In this document: piece after piece, positions 34,081 through 44,002 of the stretch | Layout of the letters: every line of letters starts with the position of its first letter | How positions within the stretch are numbered: the first letter of the stretch is position 1 | Source: an uncultured Pseudomonadota bacterium | GTDB taxonomy: Bacteria; Pseudomonadota; Alphaproteobacteria; Rhizobiales; Xanthobacteraceae | Assembly (NCBI GenBank): GCA_963822085.1 | Contig: CAWGGL010000047.1 | Location: 89,891-153,890, forward strand | Reading direction: 5' to 3' | DNA: 64,000 bases | Translations under genes and position numbers: made by a program | The notes under the pieces: generated by a model | What the model was told of the DNA's origin: nothing | Seen by the model: the letters and a program-made list of their open reading frames with translations, nothing else | Database searches by the model: none

Positions 34081-35796
34081 TCAGCCCCGGTTCGCCGCCT
34101 GCGCCGGGGCTGCCGCGCGCTGCCGCCACGGCCGCTCGGTGTCGGCAAGACCTATCAGCGCGCCCTGCAGGTAGTCGCAACCCCATTCGGTGAGCTGGGC
34201 CGCGGCGGTCTCGTCCTGCACCCATTCGGCGACCGTCTTCAGTCCGAGCCGGCGACCCAAGTCGACCAGCGTGTGCACGAAGGCACGGTCGTCACCCGAC
34301 TTGGCCATGTTGTGCACGAAGGCGCCGTCGACCTTGATGATGTCCACGCCCAGCTTGCGCAGGTTGCCGAACGAGGTGTAGCCGGCGCCGAAATCGTCGA
34401 TGGCGATGCGGCAGCCGAGATCCTTGACGCGGGTGACGAAACCGCGCGCGTCGCCGATGTTCTCGATCGCCGCGGTTTCGGTGATCTCGATGATGAGCCG
34501 TTCGGCCGCGCGCCGGTTGGCGCGCAGCAGCGCCCCCAGACCATTCCACCAGTTGGGATCGACGGTGGAAGCGGGCGAAACGTTGACGCTGGCCACAAGC
34601 TCGGGCGTGTCGACCAGTTCGTTCACGACAAGCTCGAGCACGCGGTAGTCGAGCATGCGCACCAGGCCGAGTCGCTCCGCCACCGGAATGATCTCGTTGG
34701 CGTTGAACACGTGGCCGTCGGCGCGGCTCGCCCGCATCAGGCATTCGTGGAAAACGACCTGGCGACTGCGGGCATCGACCACCGGCTCGAAGGCGAGCGC
34801 GATGCGGCGCTCGTTGAGCGCGGCGCAGATCTCATCGGTCACGCGCGCCGTGTCGCGACGAAGCGTGTCGCGCTCGACATTGGGCCGATAGGCCTCGAAC
34901 GAGCCGGGGCGCTTGGCGCGCGCGGCGTGCAGCGCATCCTGGGCATGGGTAAGGATTTCCGTCACCGAACGGGCGTGGCGCGGCGCCGTCACCCCGCCGA
35001 TCGTCAGCGTCACCGCCACCGGCCCGGCATCGGTGGCGAAGGTCTCGTCGCGCACGCTGGCGAGCAGCCGTTCGGCGGCGACCGCCAGTTCGTCGGGCGC
35101 GCAGCGGGTCAGGATGATGCCGAACTTGTTGCCGGAGATGCGGCCCAGACGATCCTTGGCGCGCATGCGCATGCGGATGCGCTTGGCGACCTGGCCGATG
35201 AGATCGTCGGTGACGTCGAAGCCGTAGGCCTCGTTGAGGTGGCCCAGCCGGTCGATGGCGATCAGCAGAAAGCCGCAGGATTCGCGGAAACGCGTCGCCT
35301 CGTCGAGGGTCGCTTCCAGCGTCTCGGTGAGATAGGCGCGGTTCATGTCGCCGGTGACGGGATCGAACTTGGCGAGGCGCGTAAGCTGGAATTCGCGCTC
35401 GCGGCGCTCGTCGATCACCCGCACGATGCCGTGGGCGCGCATCGGCTTGCCGTCCGGACCGGCGAACCAGCGGCCACAATCCTCCAGCCAGACCTTGTCG
35501 GCGGCCCCCTCGCGGCGGAACGCGTATTGCGCGACGTAGGGCACACCCTGGCCGTCGTCCGCCGTTTCCGAGCGTACGATGGCGTCGATGCGGCTCAGGC
35601 CGTCCTCGTCGTCGACGCGCTGGGCGAAGGCGCGGCCGTTGGCGACCGTCGCGATATCGATGCCAAGCACCGCGCCCGCATTCGTCGTCCAGGTCAGCGC
35701 ATCACTGTCGAGGCGCCAAGCGTAGGCGGCTTCGCCGATTGACTCGAGGATCGCGGCGGCGTCCGGACGCGCAGGCTGAGGATTGTCGTGGGTCAC
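34081..35796 (-). CDS. PAS/GGDEF(degenerate)-EAL c-di-GMP phosphodiesterase
   Basis: FDPVTG..NR, degenerate SGNKF; EAL domain ECL, EITET, DDFGAGY, KVDG, VAEWV. Confidence 0.9.
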   Translation of the reverse strand: MTHDNPQPARPDAAAILESIGEAAYAWRLDSDALTWTTNAGAVLGIDIATVANGRAFAQRVDDEDGLSRIDAIVRSETADDGQGVPYVAQYAFRREGAADKVWLEDCGRWFAGPDGKPMRAHGIVRVIDERREREFQLTRLAKFDPVTGDMNRAYLTETLEATLDEATRFRESCGFLLIAIDRLGHLNEAYGFDVTDDLIGQVAKRIRMRMRAKDRLGRISGNKFGIILTRCAPDELAVAAERLLASVRDETFATDAGPVAVTLTIGGVTAPRHARSVTEILTHAQDALHAARAKRPGSFEAYRPNVERDTLRRDTARVTDEICAALNERRIALAFEPVVDARSRQVVFHECLMRASRADGHVFNANEIIPVAERLGLVRMLDYRVLELVVNELVDTPELVASVNVSPASTVDPNWWNGLGALLRANRRAAERLIIEITETAAIENIGDARGFVTRVKDLGCRIAIDDFGAGYTSFGNLRKLGVDIIKVDGAFVHNMAKSGDDRAFVHTLVDLGRRLGLKTVAEWVQDETAAAQLTEWGCDYLQGALIGLADTERPWRQRAAAPAQAANRG

Positions 35797-35931
35797 AATC
35801 GCCCCTTATTGGCACGCCCAGCCGGGCGGCTTGTTTCACGGCCGATCCATGGACGCCGGGAACGCTACGAAAAAGACCTAAACAATCCGCAAAACCACGA
35901 CATTTACCTGTCGAATCGCGTGCATACGTTG

Positions 35932-35947
35932 CGGCATGGGGCTTGCC
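35932..35947 (+). promoter_or_regulatory. Possible sigma-54 (-24/-12) promoter
   Basis: CGGCATGGGGCTTGCC has GG-N10-GC spacing, about 50 bp upstream of ATG 35999. Confidence 0.35.
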
Positions 35948-35998
35948 ACGTCGAGGGCAGACAGCGCATCGCTGTCTCGAAACGAGACAGGCCAGCCC

Positions 35999-36247
35999 AT
36001 GACTGACGATCTGGACGAGACGAGACAAGCGGAACACCAGCCGGCAAGCGAAAGCCGAGCCCTGGCCGTGCTCGCTGCACCGGCTGCGACGGCCTCTCGA
36101 CCGCTTTGCCGCCGGCAAGCGCCGTTCCTGGCCCATCTCATCGCCACCAAGCAGCAATTCCCGCAGACCCGTGCCCGCCGCCGTGCCGAACCGGACCAAG
36201 CGATCCTGGCCTATCGGACCATGGCCGAGCTGGCGAAGTGGGGTTAG
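35999..36247 (+). CDS. Small hypothetical protein
   Basis: 82-aa ORF; APFLAHLIAT..PQTRARRRAEP motif resembles small Rhizobiales hypothetical proteins. Confidence 0.6.
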   Translation: MTDDLDETRQAEHQPASESRALAVLAAPAATASRPLCRRQAPFLAHLIATKQQFPQTRARRRAEPDQAILAYRTMAELAKWG

Positions 36248-36255
36248 GCGCTTAG

Positions 36256-36308
36256 TTTATCGCGTTTCCGGACGGCGAACCGGTTTCCACTTCGCCTGAA
36301 AACGCTCA
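36256..36308 (-). repeat. Stop-codon-anchored RIME/Bru-RS-like repeat (family D)
   Basis: Minus strand TGAGCGTTTTCAGGCGAAGTGGAAACCGGTTCGCCGTCCGGAAACGCGATAAA, starting at the ggt stop. Confidence 0.72.
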
Positions 36309-37886
36309 ATACCCGAGCGCGCAGCCGTCCTTGCGCGGCTCGGAGCCGCCGATCAGCACGCCGCGATCCCAGTCGATCTTGACGGTCTGCGCGCCGCCCC
36401 ATGGGCTCGGCGCGATCGTGACCTTATGGCCGCGCGCCTTCAGGCCCTCGATGGTCGCCGCTGGCGTGCCGGTCTCGACTACGGTCTCCTCGCCCTCGAA
36501 GAAGAAGCGCGGGCAGTCGATCGCCTCCTGCGCGTCCATGCCGTAATCGAGCATGTTGGTGACGATCTGCACGTGACCCATGGGCTGGTAGTGCGCGCCC
36601 ATGACACCGAAGCTCATGTCGCAGCGGCCGTCCTTCATCGCCATCGCCGGGATGATGGTGTGCATCGGCCGTTTGTTGGGCGCGAACTCGTTGACGTGGC
36701 CGGCTTCGAGCGTGAAGCAGGAACCGCGGTTGGTCATGAGGATGCCGCTCTTCTCGGTGCAGAGACCGAGGCCGAAGCTCGAATAAAGCGAGTTGATGAA
36801 GGAGCAAGCCATGCGGTCGCGGTCGACCACGGTGAGATAGACCGTGTCGCTGCCGGGCGTCGGCGCGCTCGGAAGCGCGCTGCGCTTGTTCATGTCGATG
36901 AGGCCGGCGAGCTTCTTGCCGAAGGTCTTGTCAAGCAAGTCGGGCACGCCGACGCGCATGGACGAAGGCTCGGCGATGTGGCTGTCGCGCACGGCGAAGG
37001 CCAGCCGCGCGGCCTCCAACACCAGATGAAAACGCTCGGGGCCGGTCGGATCGAACTTCTTGAGGTCGAAGTTCTCGAGGATGTTCAACATCACCAAAGC
37101 CGTGATGCCCTGGCCGTTGGGCGGGATCTCGTTGAGATCGAGGCCGCGGTAACGCGTCACGATGGGTGTCACCACCTCGCCGCGGTGATTGGCGAAGTCC
37201 TCCGCGGTCAGGAACGAGCCGCGGGCGGCCACCGTCGCCGCCATCTCCTCGCCGATTGCACCTTCGTAAAAGCCCTTGGCGCCCTTGGCGCCGATGGTCT
37301 TCAGCGTTTCGGCCAGTGCGGGAAAGCGGATGACGTCGCCTTCCTGGGGCGCTTTGCCGTCGAACAGGTAATGCTTGGCGGCGCCGGGATCGGCGGCGAG
37401 CTTGCCGACATACCGCTGCCAGTCCCAGGCCACGCGCGCCGCCACCGGGAACCCGCCCTCGGCATAGGAAATCGCCTGCTGCAGCACGCGGTCGAGACCG
37501 AAACGACCATGGTTCTTGAGGATGTCTTCCCAGGCCGCGATCGAGCCGGGCACGGTGACGGCGTGGATCGAACTGCCGATCTCGGCGATGCCTCGCGCGC
37601 GCAGCGCCTCCGCATCGGCCTTCGCGCCGGCGCGGCCGCAGCCGTTGTAACCCCAAACCGGTTTGCCCGGCTCGGAGATGAGCGTGAAGCAGTCGCCGCC
37701 GATACCGGTCATGTGCGGCTCGACCACGCACAACACGGCGACCGCCGCCACCGCGGCGTCGGCGGCTGTGCCACCGGCGCGCAGGATGTCGATCGCGGCC
37801 AGCGTCGCCAGCGGATGCGAGGTTGCGGCCATGCCATTGCAGGCGACCACCGGCGAACGGCCGGGCAGCTGGAAGTCTCGGCTCAT
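36306..37886 (-). CDS. ggt: Gamma-glutamyltransferase
   Basis: EPHMTGIGGD, PPNGQG, DTVYL (nucleophilic Thr), KRPMHTI, GVMG. Confidence 0.94.
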   Translation of the reverse strand: MSRDFQLPGRSPVVACNGMAATSHPLATLAAIDILRAGGTAADAAVAAVAVLCVVEPHMTGIGGDCFTLISEPGKPVWGYNGCGRAGAKADAEALRARGIAEIGSSIHAVTVPGSIAAWEDILKNHGRFGLDRVLQQAISYAEGGFPVAARVAWDWQRYVGKLAADPGAAKHYLFDGKAPQEGDVIRFPALAETLKTIGAKGAKGFYEGAIGEEMAATVAARGSFLTAEDFANHRGEVVTPIVTRYRGLDLNEIPPNGQGITALVMLNILENFDLKKFDPTGPERFHLVLEAARLAFAVRDSHIAEPSSMRVGVPDLLDKTFGKKLAGLIDMNKRSALPSAPTPGSDTVYLTVVDRDRMACSFINSLYSSFGLGLCTEKSGILMTNRGSCFTLEAGHVNEFAPNKRPMHTIIPAMAMKDGRCDMSFGVMGAHYQPMGHVQIVTNMLDYGMDAQEAIDCPRFFFEGEETVVETGTPAATIEGLKARGHKVTIAPSPWGGAQTVKIDWDRGVLIGGSEPRKDGCALGY

Positions 37887-37911
37887 GGGAATTCCGAATT
37901 GTGACAGAAGG

Positions 37912-38334
37912 TCAGGACGTGACGTGCGGAACGCCGGTGCCTTCGATGGAGAGATCGCGCTGCGCCGAGCGCAGCGTCACCACGAAGCCGCCGAGCACAT
38001 CGACGAAGCTCAGCACCAGCAGGGTGAAAAACGTGCCGGTCGAGGTCTGCGGCACCAGGATGAACTCCACCACCATGCCGAGGAACAAGATCAGCGACAG
38101 GCCATGATCGACCACCGTGCGCAGCACGATGCGCGTCGATTTCATCACTTCGCCGAACAACATCAGGATCGCGAAGGCGATCAGCAGGTCGCCTGCGGAC
38201 ATGGTCCAGGTGGCACCCGAAATCATGTGCACGCTGAACACCGGCGCGGTCCACGCCATCCCCGGCATAAAGAAGGCGACGATGTTGTAGATCGCGAACG
38301 GCAACAGCAGCAGGGGAATGCCGATCAGGTACAT
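37912..38334 (-). CDS. Hypothetical integral membrane protein (4 TM)
   Basis: Hydrophobic ORF directly downstream of rpmF. Confidence 0.75.
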   Translation of the reverse strand: MYLIGIPLLLLPFAIYNIVAFFMPGMAWTAPVFSVHMISGATWTMSAGDLLIAFAILMLFGEVMKSTRIVLRTVVDHGLSLILFLGMVVEFILVPQTSTGTFFTLLVLSFVDVLGGFVVTLRSAQRDLSIEGTGVPHVTS

Positions 38335-38368
38335 GGCGCGATCTCCCCCCTGCCGATTGGTGCGGCCG

Positions 38369-38554
38369 TCAGGCCTCGGACTTCACCTTGAGCACCTGCC
38401 GGCCTTTGTACATGCCGGTCTTCATGTCGATGTGGTGCGGCCGGCGCAGCTCGCCGGAATCCTTGTCCTCGACGTAGGTCGGGCGCTTGAGCGCATCGGC
38501 CGAGCGGCGCATGCCGCGGCGCGACGGCGAGGTTTTTCTTTTCGGCACAGCCAT
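38369..38554 (-). CDS. rpmF: 50S ribosomal protein L32
   Basis: [34 protein letters not shown] (lacks the Zn cysteines). Confidence 0.97.
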   Translation of the reverse strand: MAVPKRKTSPSRRGMRRSADALKRPTYVEDKDSGELRRPHHIDMKTGMYKGRQVLKVKSEA

Positions 38555-38693
38555 GGGAAGGAACTCCTGGAAAGATCGGGCAATGTCAGATTTGGCCGGG
38601 CTTATAGAGGATGGCCAGCGGGAAGGCTAGTAGATAAGGGGCTTGGCGACCCCCGCCAGCGCCGGAACGGCCCCGACGGCCCTTGCCCATCGG

Positions 38694-39404
38694 CTAATGG
38701 CGCAGACAGGCCGTCGCCGTCCGGCCGGAGCGGGCCGCGCGCACCACGTAGAGCCGGGCGAGCCGTCTCAGACCCGGTCCGGGCCGGCGGGCGTCGCGGT
38801 CGTGCGGATTGGGCAGCATGGCCGCCAGCAGCGCCGCCTGGGTCGGACCGAGGCGGTGTGCATTCCGGTGGAAGGCCCGTTCCGCCCCCGCCTCCACCCC
38901 GAATTCGCCGTTTGGGCCCCATTCGGCCACGTTCAGGTAAAGTTCCAGGATGCGGCGCTTGGAGAGCACCAGGTCGATCCACAGCGCCAGCGGCGCCTCC
39001 AGCGCCTTCCGCAGCCAGCTGCGGCCCTGCCAGAGGAACAGGTTCTTGGCCACTTGCTGGGTGATGGTGGAACCGCCCCGGACGTCCTCCAGACTGTCGG
39101 CGTCCTGGATGGCGTCCTGGATCTGGGTGAAATCGATCCCGTTATGCTCGCAGAAGCGCCCATCCTCGGCCACCACCACCGAGCGCACCAGATCCGGGTC
39201 GACATAGGCCAGCGACACCCAGCTCCGCAGCACCCGCTCGTCGTTCATGCGCCGCCACAGCATCACGGTCGAGACCGGCTGGCCGAAGGCGTAGAACGGC
39301 GCGATCAGGTAGGGCGCGATCACCAGCGCCAGCACCGCGAACAGCACCGCCCTGAGCGGCCGCGGAATGCGCGGCAGGCGCAGGATGTCGCCGGTGACGG
39401 TCAT
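38694..39404 (-). CDS. mtgA: Monofunctional peptidoglycan transglycosylase
   Basis: [41 protein letters not shown]; alternative start 39449. Confidence 0.92.
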   Translation of the reverse strand: MTVTGDILRLPRIPRPLRAVLFAVLALVIAPYLIAPFYAFGQPVSTVMLWRRMNDERVLRSWVSLAYVDPDLVRSVVVAEDGRFCEHNGIDFTQIQDAIQDADSLEDVRGGSTITQQVAKNLFLWQGRSWLRKALEAPLALWIDLVLSKRRILELYLNVAEWGPNGEFGVEAGAERAFHRNAHRLGPTQAALLAAMLPNPHDRDARRPGPGLRRLARLYVVRAARSGRTATACLRH

Positions 39405-39507
39405 CCTGCGGGATTTGCGGGCTGGGCGGCGCTTGGCGGGGCGGACCATGGAAAAGACGATAACGCATCGCAAGGGGGGTTTGCGGTCGATGCGGGGCTC
39501 AGGGTAA

Positions 39508-40455
39508 ATGGCGGTCATGGACGCGAGTTCCCCGACCCCCTTTTCCGCCCGGCTGGCCGCCGTTGCCGCCGATACCGAAGCTCTGCTCGCCCGCCTGCTG
39601 GCGGACGAGCCGCTGGCGAGCGAAACCGCCCGCCCGAAGCGCCTGATGGACGCCATGCGCCATGCCGTACTCGGCGGTGGTAAGCGCTTGCGACCGTTCC
39701 TGGTGGTCGAGAGCGCCACGCTGCTCGGCGCCGGCGGCGACGGCGCCGCGCTCGTGGGCGCCGCGCTCGAACTGGTGCACTGCTATTCGCTGGTGCACGA
39801 CGACCTGCCGGCCATGGACGACGACGACCTGCGCCGCGGCCGGCCCACCGTGCACAAGGCCTTCGACGACGCCACCGCGATCCTGGCCGGCGACGCGCTG
39901 CTGACGCTCGCCTTCGACGTCGCCGCGCGGCCCGAGGTGCATGCCGATCCGGCCGTGCGCAACGCCGTGGTGGTGGAACTCGCGCGCGCCGCGGGCTTGG
40001 GCGGCATGGTGGGCGGGCAGATGCTCGACCTGGCGGCAGAAGGCCGCTTCGGCGACGGCAAGCCGCAGAAGCTGAGCGAACAGGAAATCCTCACCCTGCA
40101 GGCGATGAAGACCGGCGCGCTGCTGCGCTTTGCCTGCCGCGCCGGCGCGCTGCTCGGCCAGGCCGACGCCGACACCTACGCGCGGCTCGACCGTTACGGC
40201 GTGGTGATCGGCCAGGCCTTCCAGATCGCCGACGACCTGCTCGACGTCGAAAGCGACACCGCCACGCTGGGCAAGGCCGCCGGCAAGGACGCCGCCGCCG
40301 GCAAGGGCACCCTCGTCTCCATCCTCGGCATCGAAGGCGCCCGCAAGCGGCTCGGCGCGCTGATCGACGAGGCCGATGCCGCGCTCGAACCGTTCGGCGC
40401 CAAGGCGGATACCTTACGCGCCACCGCGCACTTCATCGCCGAACGCAAGACCTGA
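39508..40455 (+). CDS. ispA: Farnesyl diphosphate synthase/geranyltranstransferase
   Basis: [34 protein letters not shown]. Confidence 0.94.
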   Translation: MAVMDASSPTPFSARLAAVAADTEALLARLLADEPLASETARPKRLMDAMRHAVLGGGKRLRPFLVVESATLLGAGGDGAALVGAALELVHCYSLVHDDLPAMDDDDLRRGRPTVHKAFDDATAILAGDALLTLAFDVAARPEVHADPAVRNAVVVELARAAGLGGMVGGQMLDLAAEGRFGDGKPQKLSEQEILTLQAMKTGALLRFACRAGALLGQADADTYARLDRYGVVIGQAFQIADDLLDVESDTATLGKAAGKDAAAGKGTLVSILGIEGARKRLGALIDEADAALEPFGAKADTLRATAHFIAERKT

Positions 40456-40475
40456 CCGCAAAGCCGGAGCAGTCG

Positions 40476-41168
40476 ATGGCCACGACCCAACGTACGTCGC
40501 CACGGCCCTCGCCGCTCCCGATCCGCCTCGTCCGGCTGCATCTCAATTTGCTGATCGCCGCCCTCATCGGGCTCGGCGTTGTGTTCCTGCCATTCCAGGC
40601 GCCTGGGCCGACGCGATTCCTGTACGGCTGGAACGTCGGCGTCGCGCTCTATCTGGCGCTGACCCACACGATGATGCTGCGCGCCGACGAAGCGCGCATC
40701 CGCAAGCGCGCCGCCGAACAGGACGAAGGCGCGCCTGTCATTCTGGGGCTCACCATCATTGCCACGCTGGCGAGCCTGGTCGCCATTGTGGTCGAACTGG
40801 GCGGCGGCAAGTCGGCGTCTCATGCCAGCGATTTCGGCCACGCCCTGCTCGCCATGGCGACCATCGTGTTGTCGTGGTCCTTCGTGCACACGATCTTCGC
40901 GCTGCACTACGCGCACGAATATTACGGCGAGCGCCGCGACGGCGTGATCGGCGGGCTGACCTTTCCCGGCGACAAACATCCGGTGTACTGGGATTTCCTC
41001 TATTTCTCACTGGTCATCGGCATGACCTCGCAGGTGTCTGACGTCGCTATCACCAGCAAGGTCATCCGCCGCATGGCGACGGTTCACGGCGTCGTCGCCT
41101 TCTTCTTCAATTTAACCGTACTAGCGTTGACGGTGAACTTGGTGTCGAATTTGCTGCAGGGCAGCTAA
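40476..41168 (+). CDS. DUF1345 family membrane protein
   Basis: HTIFALHYAH, YWDFLYFS..IGMTSQVSDV. Confidence 0.88.
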   Translation: MATTQRTSPRPSPLPIRLVRLHLNLLIAALIGLGVVFLPFQAPGPTRFLYGWNVGVALYLALTHTMMLRADEARIRKRAAEQDEGAPVILGLTIIATLASLVAIVVELGGGKSASHASDFGHALLAMATIVLSWSFVHTIFALHYAHEYYGERRDGVIGGLTFPGDKHPVYWDFLYFSLVIGMTSQVSDVAITSKVIRRMATVHGVVAFFFNLTVLALTVNLVSNLLQGS

Positions 41169-41221
41169 GGCGGATGAGCGCGGCGCTGTGACGAAGCGGA
41201 CGGAAATGCCGTGGTGACACC

Positions 41222-42829
41222 ATGACCGCCATCATGCAGACGCTGTTATTCATGCTGGCGGTGCTGGCTGCGGTCGCCGTGCTGGCGCGGCGGCTCAATC
41301 TGGCACCCTCGATCCTCTTGGTGATCGCCGGCATTGTCATGGCCGTTATGCCCGGCTTGCCACGCGTGTCACTGGCGCCGGAAGTGGTGCTGCTCGTCAT
41401 CCTGCCGCCGCTGATCTATTCCGCCGGCGTCGCCATGAGTTGGCGCGAGTTCAAGTTCAACCTGCGACCGATCGGCCTGCTCGCCTGCGGCTGCGTCATC
41501 TTCACCACCTGCGCGGTGGCGGCCGCCGCGCACTATCTGCTGAACTTCTCGTGGCCGGCCGGCTTCGTGCTCGGCGCCATCATCGCGCCACCCGATGTGG
41601 TGGCACCGCTGGCGATTGCGCGCCGGCTCGGCCTACCGCGCCGGTTGGTCGTGGTGCTGGAGGGCGAGGGGCTCGCCAACGATGCCACCGCGCTGATCCT
41701 TTACCGCTTCGCGGTCGCCGCGGTCGTGGCCGGCACCTTCTCGCTCGAAAAGGCCGCCGGCACCTTCGCGCTGATCGTGGTCGGCGAAATCGTCTACGGC
41801 ATCGCCGTCGGTTGGCTGAGCCTGCGCATGCGCCAATGGGCGCACGACCCGCGCGTCGAGATCACGCTGTCGCTGATGACGCCCTACCTCGCGTTCTGGG
41901 TGCCGGCGCATCTCGGCGGCTCCGGCGTGCTGGCGACCGTCGCCTGCGGGCTGTACGTGAGCTGGAAAGGTCCGCTGCTGATTTCCTCGGCCACGCGGCT
42001 GCAGGGCATCTTCTTCTGGGATCTCTTGGTCTATCTGATCGAGGGCCTGGTGTTCCTGGTCACTGGTCTGGAAGCGCGTGCGCTGATCGACAACGGCCAC
42101 GCGTTCTCCATCCCCGATCTCGTGACCGCCACCCTCGTCACTGTCGGCATCGTGATCGCCGCGCGTTTCATCTGGGTATTCCCGGCAACCTATCTGCCAC
42201 GCTGGCTGATCCCGCCGCTTAGGCGGCGCGATCCCTCGCCGCCCTGGCAGAGCGTCTTCATGCTTGCCTTCACCGGTATCCGCGGCGTGGTGTCGCTGGC
42301 GGCCGCACTCGCCATTCCCTACGCGACCATGAGCGGCGCGCCGTTTCCGCACCGCGACCTGATCCTGTTCGTCACCTTCGGCGTCATCATCGTGACGCTG
42401 GTCGGCCAGGGCCTGCTGCTGCCAAGCGTGGTGCGCTGGCTCGGCCTGGCACGCCACGGCGAGAGCGAGCGGCTGGATGAGATGCAGGCGGAGCTCGAAG
42501 CGCGCCAGGCAGCGCTCAGACAAGTGGAGCAGCGGTTGGAGGCACTTGCCGGCGAGCACGCGGTGCCCGACGACGTGCTCGAACTGCTGCGCACCCGCAA
42601 CTTGAGCCGCATGCAGATCCTGCCGCGCGATATGACCGACGGTCTCAACCACACGCGCCAAAGCGCCGCGCTCAAGAAAGAACTGATCAACGCCGAACGC
42701 GCGTTCATCTACGAGCTGCTGCGCGACGGCAGGATCACCGACGAAGCGCGGCGCCGCATCGAATACGAGCTCGATCTGGAAGAAGCGAGCCTCGCTAACC
42801 GCGGGCACGATGGCGGCGGGTGGTTTTAG
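41222..42829 (+). CDS. Na+/H+ antiporter (CPA1, NhaP/YjcE-like)
   Basis: LPPLIY, IIAPPDVVA, LEGEGLANDA, GIRGVVSLAAAL. Confidence 0.92.
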   Translation: MTAIMQTLLFMLAVLAAVAVLARRLNLAPSILLVIAGIVMAVMPGLPRVSLAPEVVLLVILPPLIYSAGVAMSWREFKFNLRPIGLLACGCVIFTTCAVAAAAHYLLNFSWPAGFVLGAIIAPPDVVAPLAIARRLGLPRRLVVVLEGEGLANDATALILYRFAVAAVVAGTFSLEKAAGTFALIVVGEIVYGIAVGWLSLRMRQWAHDPRVEITLSLMTPYLAFWVPAHLGGSGVLATVACGLYVSWKGPLLISSATRLQGIFFWDLLVYLIEGLVFLVTGLEARALIDNGHAFSIPDLVTATLVTVGIVIAARFIWVFPATYLPRWLIPPLRRRDPSPPWQSVFMLAFTGIRGVVSLAAALAIPYATMSGAPFPHRDLILFVTFGVIIVTLVGQGLLLPSVVRWLGLARHGESERLDEMQAELEARQAALRQVEQRLEALAGEHAVPDDVLELLRTRNLSRMQILPRDMTDGLNHTRQSAALKKELINAERAFIYELLRDGRITDEARRRIEYELDLEEASLANRGHDGGGWF

Positions 42830-42840
42830 CGCGAGCATCA

Positions 42841-43150
42841 TCGCCCCTGTTCTTTGAAGGCCCGGGGTGAGCCTGCCCCTTTTTCCGTTCCCTTGAACAA
42901 GGGATGGAGCGCCGGGAGGCGCCAGGGGGTTGGCGAGACCCCCTTGAGCGGGGTGGCGCACCCCGCCCGCGCGTCTTTGCGAAGACGCGCGAGCCCTTTG
43001 GCGCAAAGGGCCCGGCGCCTCCCGACGCTCCACCAGCGGTACGCATTGTCGGCGTACCGCGCCTCGCGCTTCGCCCCGATGCCACTCGAGATGACACCGG
43101 ACGTCGAGCCAGGCGCGCCCATGATAAGCGCGCCCAAAGCGAGCGGGGAT
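42841..43150. ncRNA. Candidate highly structured RNA or non-autonomous element (multibranch fold)
   Basis: 18/19-bp stem 42905-42923/43014-43032 encloses four hairpins; further perfect hairpins at 42889-42904, 43036-43060, 43112-43134; family unknown. Confidence 0.55.
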
Positions 43151-43205
43151 AAGTTGGCGCCAGAAATTTTTTCGCCGCGTGGCGGCGGCACAAGCGAGGG
43201 AAGCG

Positions 43206-43452
43206 CTACTTCGCCAGCAGAGTTATAAAGCCAGGCGAGGATGATGCCGCCTACCAGGCCATCGACGAAGGCCCAGACCGCTCCAATGATGGCGCCGACG
43301 AACGACGGGCCGTAACCGATATAGAGCGTACCGAGCCCGGCGACGATTCCGCTGCCCCAGTTACCGATCGCGGTGAGGCCGAGAATGAACACGGACGCTG
43401 CCCACAGAATGCCGAAGGCAAGACCGAGGGGAACCGGCTGAAGCTTGTTCAT
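43206..43452 (-). CDS. Small membrane protein (bacteriophage holin-like family); apparent extra base just before the natural stop
   Basis: MNKLQPVPLGLAFGILW..LYIGYGPSFVGAIIGAVWAFVDG..WLYN; removing one base after AAC gives LLAK-TAG (43206-43208), otherwise it reads through to 42838. Confidence 0.7.
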
Positions 43453-43570
43453 GATGTCCATCCGCTTGGTTTGGAACCCGGCAACAGCGGGAGGCGATGG
43501 ACCTTATAGCTGAGTCGTTGAGCGGCGGCAGCGGCGGTCGCAGGTATGGTGTTGCGCGGCCTCGGCGGCG

Positions 43571-44002
43571 CTACCGCGCCACGTACTCGACGTGCACGTA
43601 CTTCGACGCATCCACCGGTTTCATCTTCAGCTTGACGTCGTCGGACTTGGGCGGCGGCGTGTAGGTGATGCGCAAAGACGTTTTCGACAGCCATTTCAGC
43701 GCGGGCAGCGGCGTATCGCCGGTCGCGGTGGCGCAGGGGCCCGCATAGATCTCGTAGACCTTGTTGCTCTCGACGAAGCTGTCCGGATAGACCGACAGGA
43801 AGATGCCAATGCTGTCGGCGCAGAACCTCGGATCGCCCTTGCGCGTCAGCCGCTCGCGCACGACCTTGTAGCGGCCGTCCGGCGACTTGCGCGCCACGAT
43901 CACCTTGGTCGTAGGCTCGACCGTGAAGCTCATATAGGCGGACACCGCCAACACCGCGACCATGACCGCGAGGAAGCCGATCACGAATGTCTTGGCGTTC
44001 AC
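43571..44002 (-). CDS. Hypothetical membrane-anchored/exported protein
   Basis: N-terminal TM helix, SPDGRYKV; GTGA overlap with the ispG stop. Confidence 0.7.
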   Translation of the reverse strand: MNAKTFVIGFLAVMVAVLAVSAYMSFTVEPTTKVIVARKSPDGRYKVVRERLTRKGDPRFCADSIGIFLSVYPDSFVESNKVYEIYAGPCATATGDTPLPALKWLSKTSLRITYTPPPKSDDVKLKMKPVDASKYVHVEYVAR

